Origin: Octopus bimaculoides
Lineage: Eukaryota
NCBI RefSeq assembly: GCF_001194135.2
Contig: NC_068983.1
Location: forward strand, 74,159,186-74,199,436
Direction: 5' to 3'
DNA length: 40,251 nucleotides
Below the pieces are notes generated by a model, which made no database searches, had not been told where the DNA came from, and saw nothing but the letters and a program-made list of their open reading frames with translations. Each line of letters starts with the position of its first letter. The first letter of the stretch is position 1. A program made the translations under genes and the position numbers. Shown here piece by piece: positions 23,600 to 36,668 of this stretch.

Positions 23600-24494
23600 G
23601 TTACAAAATGCACTGATGGAGCCCACTCTGTCACTAATTTATCAATCATGATATACCCTACGGTGCGTTTTGTTCGTCACACTCTTCTAATATTACAATA
23701 TCATACTAACTTCCACCTCGAAGAACGCTCATTCCTATGCAGATATTACCAGGCTTCAGCCCTCCCTATCCTTCCGTACCCAAGTGAATCATCAACATGT
23801 AACCAGTGTACCCAACGCAAATTAAGGGTAGGGAAAAAGTGCCGCAGGGTCACAGGAAACTGGCAGACAGGACTTCATATGTAGTAGATGTACAGTAACT
23901 AGCTGTAAAAGTACTTGCGAAGTGAAATCCTTGTACTGCCATGCAATCCCGGTAAAAATTAGCTGACAGCTTCTGTCACCTATGTGACTAAATCGGCCTA
24001 ACTAAGAATGAGGGAAAATAATGAAAGAACACGTTTGCTTGCAACAAAGGGCTAACTCACTCCGAATAAGAGGGCAGATAGTATGACTTTTGTGTGTGAA
24101 GAATGATATTGAATAGGAACGAGATATGCACATTGAATAAAGTAGAAGTGCAAAGGCTGGAGAAAATTGGATAAGCTCTACTGCTTATTTAAAAAGTGTG
24201 CATGAAAGACGGAGTGCCGGCGAGATGAAGAAAGACAAGATGCATCGCGTCTAGCATACAGGACACAAGGCTATGCTGGTAGGGCATGTGACGCATGTGA
24301 ATGATGATAATTGGGTGAAGAAGCCTCAGCTAATTCAAGAATTTGCAGAAGTGGAGAACCAAGGAAGATGTGGAGAGAAGTGATAAAGTCCGATCGCAGG
24401 ATACTGGACTTCGTAAAGGTGAAAAGGGAATGCTACAAATCTATCCATTCCAGCATGGAAAAAAGTCGACAACGATGACGATGATGAGGATCAT

Positions 24495-24495
<1 letters not shown>
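23600..24495 (+). mobile_element. RTE-clade LINE remnant, heavily decayed
   Basis: Frameshifted motifs in the expected order: YAD (about 23735), CNQCTQRKL..KKC (Cys-rich insert), ATKG..LRIRGQ, RLCW*GHVTHVNDDNWVKK, GEPRKMWREVIKSD, then ccagcatggaaaa and a (GAT)n-like tail. Confidence 0.75.
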
Positions 24496-24553
<58 letters not shown>

Positions 24554-24959
24554 AACAAACACACACACAAACACACACATTAGAATAAAGTGCAGTTAAA
24601 ATCTATTAGAAAATCAAGGCGTAAACACCGGTGTTCATCGAAAATATCAACGTATGATGTAAGACATAAAAATCTTCTCTAAAGTACATATCACGTCTCA
24701 TTAATACGTAATGATAAATAAGATGTAATCTCTTTTACATAGTCTGTTAACTAAGCTAAAAGCCCTGAAATATGGTCAAGGTTGCAGGTGTGGTCATGTG
24801 GTTAATAGTTAACTTCTGCCAGATTTGATACTTCGGTATAATTGTCTTTACCACGACATGAGATCGGCTTAATTCTTGTGAATGAAATTTGAGAGACGTT
24901 TAGAGTAAACGCTTGTGTGCTGACGGTGCTGCTGTACTCCGTCTCCGAATGCAGGAGTC

Positions 24960-25390
24960 GATGTCTCATCCGGCGGTGAAACAGCTATGTTGGTGTTTCG
25001 GCTCCTTCCATGACAACATCAGAGCTGCCGAAGGCCACTCAATGACGTAGACAATGAAATTTCCCCCACACAACAGCACGAGATTTGTTGAGTCAGATGT
25101 TGCGATTCTGGGACATGTTTCTATCATCCTCAATGCTCGTTCTTGTTGCACCAACTGTTCTCTCTCTTGCGCCAGATGTAATAGTTTGCTTTCTCACTGG
25201 CTTCAACCAATTTTCTGGCAACGTCTTTTATCTTTGCAGCAAGTCCATTATGGGACTCGTGACTTCAATAAATCCTTAACAGGAAGACATATTGCTTGTC
25301 GTCCATTGTTGTCCCCGAATTCAACGAACTTGCTGTATCTCCTCGGAGATGACGTTAAGTGTACGACTTTAAGTAGCATGCCCTTGTAGG
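24960..25390 (-). mobile_element. Second RLE-type LINE 3' end (Hero/NeSL-like)
   Basis: Minus-strand KDVARKLVEASEKANYYIWRKRENSW...* resembles the AExASxWIWxxR C-terminus of RLE LINEs. It is followed by a 3' UTR containing gccgaaacacc. Confidence 0.5.
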
Positions 25391-26267
25391 AGTTCACTAA
25401 CTAGCTAATTCCATTGATCCAACAACTGGAATACTAATCATGGAAACCGATGCAAGATCTATTTACTTCTCACAACACCTTAACATCTCATTAGTATGTT
25501 ATAATATTTAAATGTTGGTGATTTTAGTGTCTGTAAATGATGACAAACAGGGCATAAATATGCTAATAGCAGCTTTTATCAATAAATACTTGAATCTCAC
25601 GAGATCTTACACTATTATGAAAGTTTAGGTTTATTTTCTAAACGACTACGAGAAATTGCTTTAAAATGTGATAAGCAGTAAACCTAATCAGAAAATTAGT
25701 TGAGATTTTGCAGCCAGAGAAATACAAGAATTTAAAGTTGTTTTCGAATTATTCACCTACAGGTGGCAGAAATTGTGTAATATGTCTGGTGTTGGAGTAC
25801 GTCTATAGCATGCAAATTAAATCAGCAATTGCGATCGTTAAACGATAAAATGAGCAAATGTATACTTAATTCCGTAAGGATACTTTCTTTGCAGATCTGA
25901 TAAAACTAGCGAGGAGAAAGTTTTATCTCACTAATGAGTTTACCTGGTGTTATTGTTCTTATCGTTCATTGAACGCTTTGTGTCGTGAAAGTTCCGTGCT
26001 TCTGTGATGAATATCGTAGCAAGAGAAAGTCGGCCAGAAGCATTATTTATTTATTTAGTTGTTGCATTTATTCCTCAGTTTGTGAACAATAGCGTCGTTG
26101 GTTTACACCGAGCCTATCGCTGGTTCGTCGCTGTATTGCTAACGACGAGAGTGTTAAATGCAAATATCAGTAGTTGTAAAACAACTTTATTTTCGGATTT
26201 CTCACTGCTGCTTGTATTCTACGCTGATATAAACGGGTGGAAGATTTACACAAAAATACACACGTTA

Positions 26268-26390
<123 letters not shown>

Positions 26391-26788
26391 CTACAGAGAA
26401 AGGGAAAGGGAGAAAGAGAGAGAGAGATGAATGGATGAATGGATCTTCGTCAGTTTTGACTATGGGGATTCAGTTGTTTGATCAATGGAATTACTTTCTC
26501 TTTCAAGTCGTGCGTAAGTGGGTGAGCTTTCCGCAGACGCGTACCCTAAACAAAATTCTGAGGCTGAATCACTATGACACAGTGTGTGGCAAAGCAATAC
26601 CTTATGAATTACAGGTATGATCCATCCGATGGATCCCTATACGATTTCCGTTTTCCCAATTTCTGTTATACAATATGAATCGATGTAAGACCGTCTAAAA
26701 TGAAAGTTGCTCTTCATATCACGCAGCAAGAATAAATCCAAGACCTTGTTTTGCGAAGAGAACTTTTTCAATCATTCGGCTATATTTC

Positions 26789-26829
<41 letters not shown>

Positions 26830-28394
26830 ATTGCTATGAGCGCCAGTTTTAGAGCACTGATAATACTACCAGTTAGTTAACTCTCCTCTAGTTAATAAAA
26901 TTCTCTATTTCCGTTTCTTTACTTTAATTGATTTGATTATAACCAATCCCTTACTTGTCGTTTCTATTTACATAATATGTAATCTTAGCTATAATATATT
27001 CTAATTCATAAGATTAACATCGGGATATTTTGATAGAGTACTGATCAACGTACGTGTGTTTGTGAAAGCTGTCTGTGTGCTAATGCGTGTAAAGATGTCT
27101 CTGTGCATGTATACACAAATAATGATACAAAGTAATATATCAGTCATATATGTATATTAGAGAATATACATACATCCATACGTACGTACACACACACAAA
27201 CACACACACACATATATAAATTTATAGGTATATGCATATATAAAGTACGATTTATTCGTGATCAGAGTTGTTCGGAAACCGAGGTACTACTATATATATA
27301 TATATATATATATATNNNNNNNNNNNNNNNNNNNNNNNNNNNNNNNNNNNNNNNNNNNNNNNNNNNNNNNNNNNNNNNNNNNNNNNNNNNNNNNNNNNNN
27401 NNNNNNNNNNNNNNNNNNNNNNNNNNNNNNNNNNNNNNNNNNNNNNNNNNNNNNNNNNNNNNNNNNNNNNNNNNNNNNNNNNNNNNNNNNNNNNNNNNNN
27501 NNNNNNNNNNNNNNNNNNNNNNNNNNNNNNNNNNNNNNNNNNNNNNNNNNNNNNNNNNNNNNNNNNNNNNNNNNNNNNNNNNNNNNNNNNNNNNNNNNNN
27601 NNNNNNNNNNNNNNNNNNNNNNNNNNNNNNNNNNNNNNNNNNTATATATATATATATATGAGAATGAAGAACTTTTAATTCTTTATGAAACTCCTCTTTT
27701 GCCATTAATATTGTTGTGAATGTGAGCTGGTGTGTGTGTGGTGGGGGCGTGTGTATATGAATGTGTCTGTGAAAATTCATATAAGGTGCATGTGTGTAAA
27801 TGTGTGTGCCGTTATAAATAGTCTTGAAATGACCTTTTTGTCCTAAGTAAGCCGTGCGTGAAATTCTAATAGTTCAGCTCGCTTTGTTATGCACCTAAGA
27901 AACCGTATTATAACAAATATCATTATCCGTAGCAAACCAAGTCTCCTCCTATCTTTCTCTTTATTTCCCTATTCACTTTTCTCCATATATTATGTTGTAG
28001 TTATTTATTTTATTTTACTTGCTTTTATTCCCTATTTTTTATCATGTGATTTTATATCTTTAATTGTTACAGGATATTCGGCATTTATAATCAACTTATT
28101 TTACTCAAGTTTGTTATATTTTTAAAACCATTGATTTTACTGTGTTTTCCTGAATTTATTAGTTATCTATTATCTTCGCCCCCCCCTTTTTTTTTTAGCA
28201 CGCTCCATTTATGATGATTCTAGTATTTGTAAAGGGTAAAGTTTGCTAAACTCATCCATTGTCAGCTAATTTATAGCAGATCAGGAGTTTGACTTGCCAT
28301 GAAATTATCTAGCATGTAGTCTTTCCGTTATGTTACAACACAATTATATATATAAGTGTGTGTATATGTGTGTGAGAGTGTGTTTACTATTTTA

Positions 28395-28615
28395 TTCTTT
28401 TATTCTTTTACTTGTTTCAGCCATTTGACTGAAGCTATGTTGGAGTTCTACCTTGAATGATCTTAGTCGAATATTTTGACCACAGGAATTATGTTTTAAG
28501 CCTAGTACTTATACTATCGGGTTCTTTTGGTGCACTGCTAAGTTACGGCTATGTAAACATATCACTACCGGTTGTCGAGTAATAGGGGGTACAAACACAA
28601 ACATAAAGATACATA
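28395..28615 (-). mobile_element. SINE family B, 3' half
   Basis: ttcttttacttgtttcagccatttgactgaagctatgttggag...gcctagtacttatactatcgg...gctaagttacgg...accggttgtcga is the reverse complement of the family B tail. Confidence 0.75.
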
Positions 28616-29052
28616 CACACATACACATAAACACACACACACACACACACANNNNNNNNNNNNNNNNNNNNNNNNNNNNNNNNNNNNNNNNNNNNNNNNN
28701 NNNNNNNNNNNNNNNNNNNNNNNNNNNNNNNNNNNNNNNNNNNNNNNNNNNNNNNNNNNNNNNNNNNNNNNNNNNNNNNNNNNNNNNNNNNNNNNNNNNN
28801 NNNNNNNNNNNNNNNNNNNNNNNNNNNNNNNNNNNNNNNNNNNNNNNNNNNNNNNNNNNNNNNNNNNNNNNNNNNNNNNNNNNNNNNNNNNNNNNNNNNN
28901 NNNNNNNNNNNNNNNNNNNNNNNNNNNNNNNNNNNNNNNNNNNNNNNNNNNNNNNNNNNNNNNNNNNNNNNNNNNNNNNNNNNNNNNNNNNNNNNNNNNN
29001 NNNNNNNNNNNNNNNNNNNNNNNNNNNNNNNNNNNNNNNNNNNNNNNNNGTA

Positions 29053-30281
29053 CAGGGGTTATACAAAATAATGGTAACACCTTAAAATTCCAAATAAATT
29101 AATTTTAATATGGAGGAGGAACACCTTTGGCAGTAATTAAAGCTTGAATTCTACGAGGTATGGACACGTACAAAGTTTGAATTGTTTCTTGTAGTGATGA
29201 TGGTGGAGAATATCGACTCCTTACTTGTTTTTCTACAATGCACCATAAATGTTCAATAATATTGAAATCTGGGGACTGTGGTGGCCAGATAAGATGTTCA
29301 ACTTCACTAGAATGTTCCTCATGCTATTCAGTAACAACTTTAGCTGTGTGAATTGGTGCATTATCATTCCGAAAGATTGCGTTTCCCCCCGGAAACAGTT
29401 CCGCAACCATAGGATGAATTTCATCCGATAAAATGCTTAAATAATCTTGACTATTAGTTCTCCCATGAGAGGAAACCATTGGGCCGGCGAATTTCCAAGA
29501 TATAGCCCCTACCCCAGATCATCACAGATCCTCCTCTATGTTTAACAGTTGGAAGAAGGCAGTCTGGGTCAAATGCCTCTTTTGGCTGTTTCCACTCGTA
29601 TACTCGGCCAGTGATCGGAAATAAGGTAAAGGATGACTCGTCCGAAAAAATAACATTCTTCTACTGCTCTAGGGAATCTGAATGTTTTTACTGAACACTA
29701 AACGCTTTGCAACGTTTGTTTTTGAAAGTAGTGATTTTCTGATTGCAGTCCTCCCGTGAAATCCGGCTTTGTGCAGCTCCTGGCGAACAGTTTTTGGGGA
29801 AACTGGGTTCTCGAGGTGGTCAAGAAGCTCTGCAGTAATTTTTGGATCTGTACTTTTTGTGATCCTTTTTAACAATTCGCGTAAGAGTTCGACGGCCCCT
29901 ATCTGAAAGTTTTGGTTTTCTCCCGGAGTTTTGTTTCCAAGAGAAGGTGTTACCCTCTTTCTCAAAGGCTGTCATTACTTTTGAGACAGTGCTTCTTGAT
30001 ACACCCAACATTTCGGCTGTTTTCGTTACGCTAGTGCCTACGCTACGAGCACCAACAATTTGACCTCTTTGAAAGACCGATAGATCTGTCGTTTTAATGA
30101 ATTTTAATTACCTTTATCTGATGATATCTGAAAAGAAACAACAATTATAGCAAAACATATTAAGCAACACTAAGAATAATTCAAAAAACATAAAAATAAA
30201 CAAGCTTTAGGCGGTTTTATAGATATTTCAAAATTATGATGCTATGATACTAGTTGTTTCCATTATTTTGTCCAACCCCTG
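29053..30281 (-). mobile_element. Tc1-like DNA transposon with DD36E spacing, full length but inactivated
   Basis: TA|cagggGTTatacaaaataatggtaacac at the left and the reverse complement TA|caggggttggacaaaataatggaaaca at the right give about 28-bp TIRs with a TA duplication. Transposase pieces: LGVSRSTVSKV (HTH), SGRKPKL, VIFSDESSF, KHRGGSVMIWG, NDNAPIH, WPPQSPDFNIIE. Contains frameshifts and an in-frame TAG. Confidence 0.93.
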
Positions 30282-30367
<86 letters not shown>

Positions 30368-30539
30368 GGTGTGCGTGTGTGTGTGCATACTCACAGTTCT
30401 ATATATGAATCTATCTACCTTTCTGTCTATGAGACTGCATTTTAAGTAAAGTATTCCTTTGAAAAAGACTGTGTGTGGGGGGATGGGGGGCGCACATGTG
30501 TATGTAGGGGTGGTTGCGTACAGCTATACGCACGGTTAT

Positions 30540-30680
30540 GTGTATCCGCCGAGCTTCTACTTGTTAAAGTTCACTCACAAGGCTTACGTGAACCCGGAGC
30601 AATGACACAAGATGCTTGCACAAGCTGCCACGCAGTTGAAATTGAATCCAGAGACAAATGACTGCAAAGTAAAGCAATGC
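30540..30680 (-). mobile_element. SINE family B, 5' half, degenerate, just upstream of the exon 4 acceptor
   Basis: cactcacaaggctt...gatgcttgcacaagctgccacgcagttgaaattgaatcc is the reverse complement of the family B head. Confidence 0.6.
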
Positions 30681-30711
30681 CCATCATATTTGTCATTTTT
30701 GCTCTTTACAG

Positions 30712-30824
30712 ATTCCATGTCGTATCAAAGTAAAACCGAAGGGTCAAATATTGATTTAAAAAATCATATATTTTCTTCTTTCCCGCCGGATGATGTCTCC
30801 ATAAGATCTGCTGTTTTGAACCAG
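30712..30824 (+). CDS. Aquaglyceroporin exon equivalent to AQP3 exon 4 (loop C)
   Basis: Acceptor ctctttacag|AT, donor CAG|gtatta. 113 nt, phase 1 to 0. Translates (D)SMSYQSKTEGSNIDLKNHIFSSFPPDDVSIRSAVLNQ. HIFSSFP...NQ matches the glyceroporin loop C motif GIFATYP...DQ with the same 13-residue spacing to the terminal Q. Confidence 0.88.
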
Positions 30825-32007
30825 GTATTATGAATTATTATTTCAAAGTATGATTGTATGGCAATAATTTCTATGTCTCTTTCAGTTTTAAGCGGTTAGC
30901 TCGGTAACTTTTTCCAATCAGTAGGAAATGTAATCTCATCTACCCACTGCGAATATGTATCTGTGTATGTATGCTTAAGAATGTGTTTATATATATANNN
31001 NNNNNNNNNNNNNNNNNNNNNNNNNNNNNNNNNNNNNNNNNNNNNNNNNNNNNNNNNNNNNNNNNNNNNNNNNNNNNNNNNNNNNNNNNNNNNNNNNNNN
31101 NNNNNNNATATATATATATGTATATATATATGTATATATATATGCGTATATATATGTATATATATATATACATATGTACATATATGTATGTATGTATGTG
31201 TACATACATGTGTCGTTTATCTTTTCTTCTATAAGAAACTTGTTACAGATGTCAAGCTGTGGCGGAGGGCAAAGATAAAGACAAAGACACACAAACACAA
31301 ACACACACATTTATATATATAAACTCTCACACGCGCACGCACGCACACATACACACATGAATACATACATACATATGCATATACACATGAAAATATACGC
31401 ACATATATATATATGCATACATATATGTGTGTTTATATATATATATAAGCACATACACACGCACGTACACATACGCGCACACACATACACGCGCACTCAC
31501 ATACACACACATACAGGTGTGTGTGTATGTACGAGTGTCGTATTTGTGTGTGTTTCATTTAAAGACACGACTGTGTTCCTGTCTTATCTTTTTTTTTATT
31601 AGAGATTCTTCATATTTACGTATCAGTTTCCTGCTGTTATTTTAGATCAATAAATTTCCTGAATCCGTAACAAAGATTTCTAGACCACTCACAGTCGTCT
31701 CATTTCCAAGAACTGCAATAGATTTGGCAAGTGCATTGCTTCGTAAAGAGTGGTCGAATTTTTGTAATCCTTTCCACGAAAAGCTTTTTCACCGTTAAGT
31801 TTCCTCGTCAGCAGCCACGTGATAACGAGTGGCGGTCAAACACTTTTGACCGTGGGGTTTTCACATCTGTAGTCATGTGTTGACATTTTCGTGTGTTTTC
31901 TTTGCATCTTTATCCACTCTGTCGCTGTGCTGCAATATGTTGGTCATTAGTGTCTTTCCTCTCGTTTACGAGGTTGTGGCCCACTAATACGAAGGAACAT
32001 TTTGGTT

Positions 32008-32190
32008 TTAGTTGTTTTTGTAGTATATTATTAGTTTTAGATGATGGTTGAATGTGATACATCTTGCGTTCCGTTTTATGAGGATTTTGTTTATGAATTC
32101 TTCTGTTGAATAGCTGTTATGCATTTTATTCATATAATAAAATTTATGTGCGATTTGTGTATTTTCATTAGGTGTATTCTCTGATGTACT
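32008..32190 (-). mobile_element. Penelope-like element remnant
   Basis: Translation KFYYMNKMHNSYSTEEFINKILIKRNARCITFNHHLKLIIYYKNN resembles the PLE RT-to-GIY-YIG linker. Homologous to 4990-5105. Confidence 0.5.
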
Positions 32191-32244
32191 TGTCATATAA
32201 TATAGCGAGTACGTACATACATCCATATGTATAAATGTATAAAG

Positions 32245-32310
<66 letters not shown>

Positions 32311-32585
32311 NNNNNNNNNNNNNNNNNNNNNNNNNNNNNNNNNNNNNNNNNNNNNNNNNNNNNNNNNNNNNNNNNNNNNNNNNNNNNNNNNNNNNNNNNN
32401 NNNNNNNNNNNNNNNNNNNNNNNNNNNNNNNNNNNNNNNNNNNNNNNNNNNNNNNNNNNNNNNNNNNNNNNNNNNNNNNNNNNNNNNNNNNNNNNNNNNN
32501 NNNNNNNNNNNNNNNNNNNNNNNNNNNNNNNNNNNNNNNNNNNNNNNNNNNNNNNNNNNNNNNNNNNNNNNNNNNNNNNNNNNNN

Positions 32586-32637
<52 letters not shown>

Positions 32638-33657
32638 TTACGCACGCGTGCTTATCTCCAAATCAGAATTACCCATTCTGTTATTTTTTAAATTTATGCT
32701 GCACCAAAATGTCATCCCCGCTTTCTTAAAGACTCATGTTATGGAGAGTGACGACGTAAAGCTCTCTAATTAGCTCAATATATGTATGCTTATTTGTATA
32801 TATTTATATGTATATTTGTATTTATGCATATATGGCTTGTTGAATAGCTGGATTATGTATATGTGTATGTATACGAGGTGGTATCAAAAAGTTCCCGGAC
32901 TGGTTCTGTAACGCACCAACAGATGGCGGCGCACAATTGCAAGCGCGATGAGAGGTAGCAATGACCTTCATTAGGTAGTGTGCCGAGTGACATTGCTATG
33001 TTTACTTCGCAAATTGTGAAATCTTGATTTAAATTTGGGAAGTCTGCTACAGTGATTTTGAGCATGCTTTAGCAAGCTTACGCCAACTTGGCAATGAATC
33101 GTACCGAATGTTTCGAGTGACACGGGCAATTCAAAAGCGGACAACAGAGCCGCAACTCAATCAAGAGCATGCTTATCGTTTTTGTTTTGTTCAATATCTG
33201 CGGTATTGTACATCGAGAATTCTTCCCCCACGACCAGACCATCAGTCGAGAGTTCTACTGCAACGTTTTGAAGCGTTTGAAGGAAGACCTTCGACAAAAG
33301 AGAGCGGATCTGTGGAGCACGAAGAATTGGATTCTTCATCGTGCTCTCCTCACTCGTGAGTTTCTCTCCCAAAACAACATGGTATCGCTTCCGCACCCGC
33401 CCTATTCCCCAAATTTAGCACCTGCGGACTTCCATCTCTTCTCCAAGATGAAAATTCAGTTCAAAGGTCGCTGTTTTAACACCGTTGTCGAGATCAAGAG
33501 CGAATAACTGAAGGTCCTTGACTGGCTTACAGAAAATTTCTTGCAGGCCAGATTCCAAAAGTGGTAGGAACACTGGGACCAGAGTATTGCTGCGCAAGTT
33601 GACTATTTCGAAGGAGATATTAAAACTTAGGTAAATAAGTTACTTTTCTATTAAACA

Positions 33658-35534
33658 CTAGCAGAGATACCCGGCGTTGCTCTGGATTAAAATGGTATAG
33701 TTTGTATATATATTACAGTTATGTTGTAACAGGTGATACGGGAAAGAGCAGCATTGACGACATTTGTGGAGTAAATGATGGGCTAATTCGACTAAGCGAC
33801 ATGTCATGGAAAATTGGGGGTGGGGGTATGTGCATGCTTTTGCTGATCTTAAGAAAGTCTCATCTCACTTCTGTCTTGAGACTCCATCTGACGTGCTGCG
33901 GCATACCTTTGCTGATGTTAGGAAAGTCTCATCTCACTTCTCTCTTGACACTCCATTTGACGTGCTGCAGCATGCATTTCCTAATCTTAGGAAAATCTCA
34001 TTTCCCTTCTCTATTGAGATGTCATTAATTTAAGGGTAAATATGTAACTGTAAATATCTTGCAACCTTGCAACTGCTGCGATAATTATGAACTGGTAATT
34101 AAACGGTAAATGTGTAATTTTATAACCTTGGACCTACCACCTAATTGTTTTTTATGAAGAGTTTCACCTCCAGCCGTTCGTTATGTCACTCAACGCACAT
34201 ACACTGACACACCATTCTGCTGTTATGGCGGTAAAGACGGAAATTTACCGATGCGTAATATTTACATTAGGATATAAATTATTCATTTATTTATCACAGT
34301 AGAATTAAAAGTGAAAGAACAAAAGTGTAACAGTATCATAGGCTTAGAAAGAAAAGTGAAAGAATAAAGAATAAAACAATATTATGACATTATATATGAT
34401 ATAGATCTTATTCTTTCACTTTTGACACGTAATACCAAACTACTACCAATGTTATATTGTTTTAATCGAAATGAAAAAAAAGAAAAATTACGTGTTGACA
34501 CTCACGGAGTCTGATACTATTGTAAAATTTGATTTGATTTGGTCGAGGCGTTTGAAAATGCATAGGAAACAAACAGACAGACAAACAGACAGACAAAGAA
34601 TTTTATGTATATATATATATATATATATATAGACAATGTAGTCAATTTGTAGACAGAACTTACAAATCCAGTTTGAGCGTAGAAGTAAATAACTTGAGTG
34701 AAAAAACTTGAGCCGCTTTAGGATAGCTTTTTCCAATGCATGACCGCTTAGTGGCGTGGTTGAAATCTCATTGGTTAGTAATAAAGGCTGTATGTGGCCC
34801 AAAGCGGTCATACGTATGCACGACAGCACGTACAACATTTTTCAACAGAGGGAGACATGTAAATAGTGTATTTAAATAGACGGAGTGCAAAGAATTTTAA
34901 TTAAATAAAGTAAATGTTGTAGGGAGAACGTACAAATAGCGTAAAGACGAAGATATTTAGGCTCAACAAAATTGAAATACACTGAAGTCAATTTTTAGGC
35001 AGATGTGGCAAAACTGAGTTTAAACACAGTGGGTGAACAGAAATTAGAAATAACTAAATTATGTTTCAGGGAGAATGTAGAAAAACTGTAACAACATTTT
35101 TACGTACGACTAATTGAAATACACAGAAGTAAAATTTGTAGACAGAAGTTAATGTGTGAGTGAGTTAAAGAGAGAGAGAGTGAAAGAAATAGACATAGAC
35201 TAAAAGAGAGGAACTATTACAGAGGGTGAGAGACAGAATGTGTGTAAGCAAGAGAAACAGAGAATGAGAAAAAGAGAGACAAGAGAAAAATAAAAGGAGA
35301 GAATCGGTTGAAAACTGCAGAAGTTTTTAGAGAAAAACATGCCTAAAATACTGTTTTTCTCGGCTTATCGCTTTACGCGGGAGCTCTGGGTAAAATGTTA
35401 TAATGCATGACTATCCTTGGCACATAAGTAATGTTTGTGTGAACTTTCGCGAAAGTCGGTTGAAAACTGTAGAAATGCATAGGTACTACACACACAGACA
35501 CACACCCAGACGTCTTTTGCTTTATATATATAGA
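33658..35534 (-). mobile_element. Non-autonomous Helitron, about 1.88 kb
   Basis: On the minus strand it starts A|TCTATATATATAAAGC and ends ...gagcaacgccgggtatctctgCTAG|T (GC-rich subterminal hairpin plus CTAG). It sits between A and T with no duplication, and removing it restores ttaaaca|taactagtccagg of the mariner. Confidence 0.9.
33835..34025 (-). repeat. About 2.7 x 69-bp repeat inside the Helitron, encoding decayed RepHel N-terminal-type 23-aa repeats
   Basis: The 69-nt period is visible (gtct at 33857 and 33926, atct at 33995). Minus strand reads AAARQMECQERSEMRLS*HQQRY / AAARQMESQDRSEMRLS*DQQKH. Confidence 0.7.
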
Positions 35535-35834
35535 TAACTAGTCCAGGAACCTTTTTGATACCACCTCATATATATATCGGTGTATACTCAAAGCAATGAC
35601 TAGTAATATTACGAAACCGGTATGCTTGTAAATCTCTTTAACAACTCACAATAATGACTTTTATTACCTTTATTCCAACCTCAGTTCATCTAATTGTATA
35701 TATATATATCGTTACTTTTCATAAAAGGCCTTACCTTCGTTTTGATTTCCAATGTGCATTTTCTCTTATTTTTCTGCTTACTTACCCCTTACATTTCCGC
35801 GTGTAGTTTCTATTTTGTTTTTTTAACATATTTC

Positions 35835-35868
<34 letters not shown>

Positions 35869-36668
35869 TTGTAATCATGTGTAAGGTGCATTGGTATATA
35901 TAAATGTTTGTGTATATACGTATGTATGCTTCTAGGCAGCCAAAAAGCAGAGCCTTTGGATCATCGGATGGATTGCTTTGAAGTAATCGTCCTAGTTCAT
36001 TAGTTCTGAGTTAAAAGACCTCCGAGATCCCTTTCGGCTTTCGTCATTTCGATGTCGATAAATGAAAAGTACCACTTCTATACGGCAGTCGATTCTTCAC
36101 TTTCCTTCTGTCTTTCTATCTTTTTGAGGAAAATCGACTGCCGCTAGGCCAGGAGAAGCATTGTCTCCGGCATGTCTAAAATGCCTAAAATACTTCGTAT
36201 CACAACGACTTCATGGAGAAGTTCAGGGTCTATGACAAGGTATATATGTATGTACGTGTGTATGTTTTTATCTATATATTGCATATATGTAATGTGTATG
36301 TTTGTTTTTTTATGTATGCATATATGTATCTGTGTTTGTAAATGTCTATGCGTATGTATTCCTATGTGTGCACGAATGTTTCTATGTATGCTTTTATGTA
36401 TATATGCAATATATGGAAGCATATGTATATGGGCATATGTATATGGGCATCTGTATATGGGCATATGTATATTTATTTATGTGAGCATAAGCATGCATAT
36501 ATGTATTTATGCGTGTATGAATAAGTACTATGGCAAGAAGATGTGAAGATCATCATTGATAGATTGTAAAGATAATAGACGCAATTTGTCCAATCATATC
36601 CCTATTTTCTATTTTTTCGACCACTATAAATTGGTTATATATCTTATTACAATATTCTTCGTTTTCAG

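Larger units (their letters stand above)
32874..35568 (+). mobile_element. Mariner DNA transposon, internally deleted (about 0.82 kb net), interrupted by a Helitron
   Basis: TA|cgaggtggtatcaaaaagttcccggactgg at the left and the reverse complement TA|tgaggtggtatcaaaaaggttcctggactag at the right. Transposase remnant at 33169-33507: VFNICGIVHREF...YCNVLKRL...PHPPYSPNLAPADFHLFSKMK (YSPDLAP motif). The HDNA catalytic segment is deleted. Confidence 0.92.

Noticed and set aside
23574-23884. Strong-looking acceptor (tgttgtcttttag|AT) opening a phase-1 frame DGSFL...TNLSIMIYPT...LQ that mimics loop C (TAGIFATYP...DQ), suggesting an alternative exon 4
   Set aside because: There is no GT donor after the Q, the region is a decayed RTE LINE, and 30712-30824 is a much better exon 4.
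33806-34033. 23-aa repeat peptide as a captured leucine-rich-repeat gene fragment
   Set aside because: Lacks the LxxLxLxxN pattern; the opposite strand explains the periodicity as Helitron RepHel N-terminal repeats.
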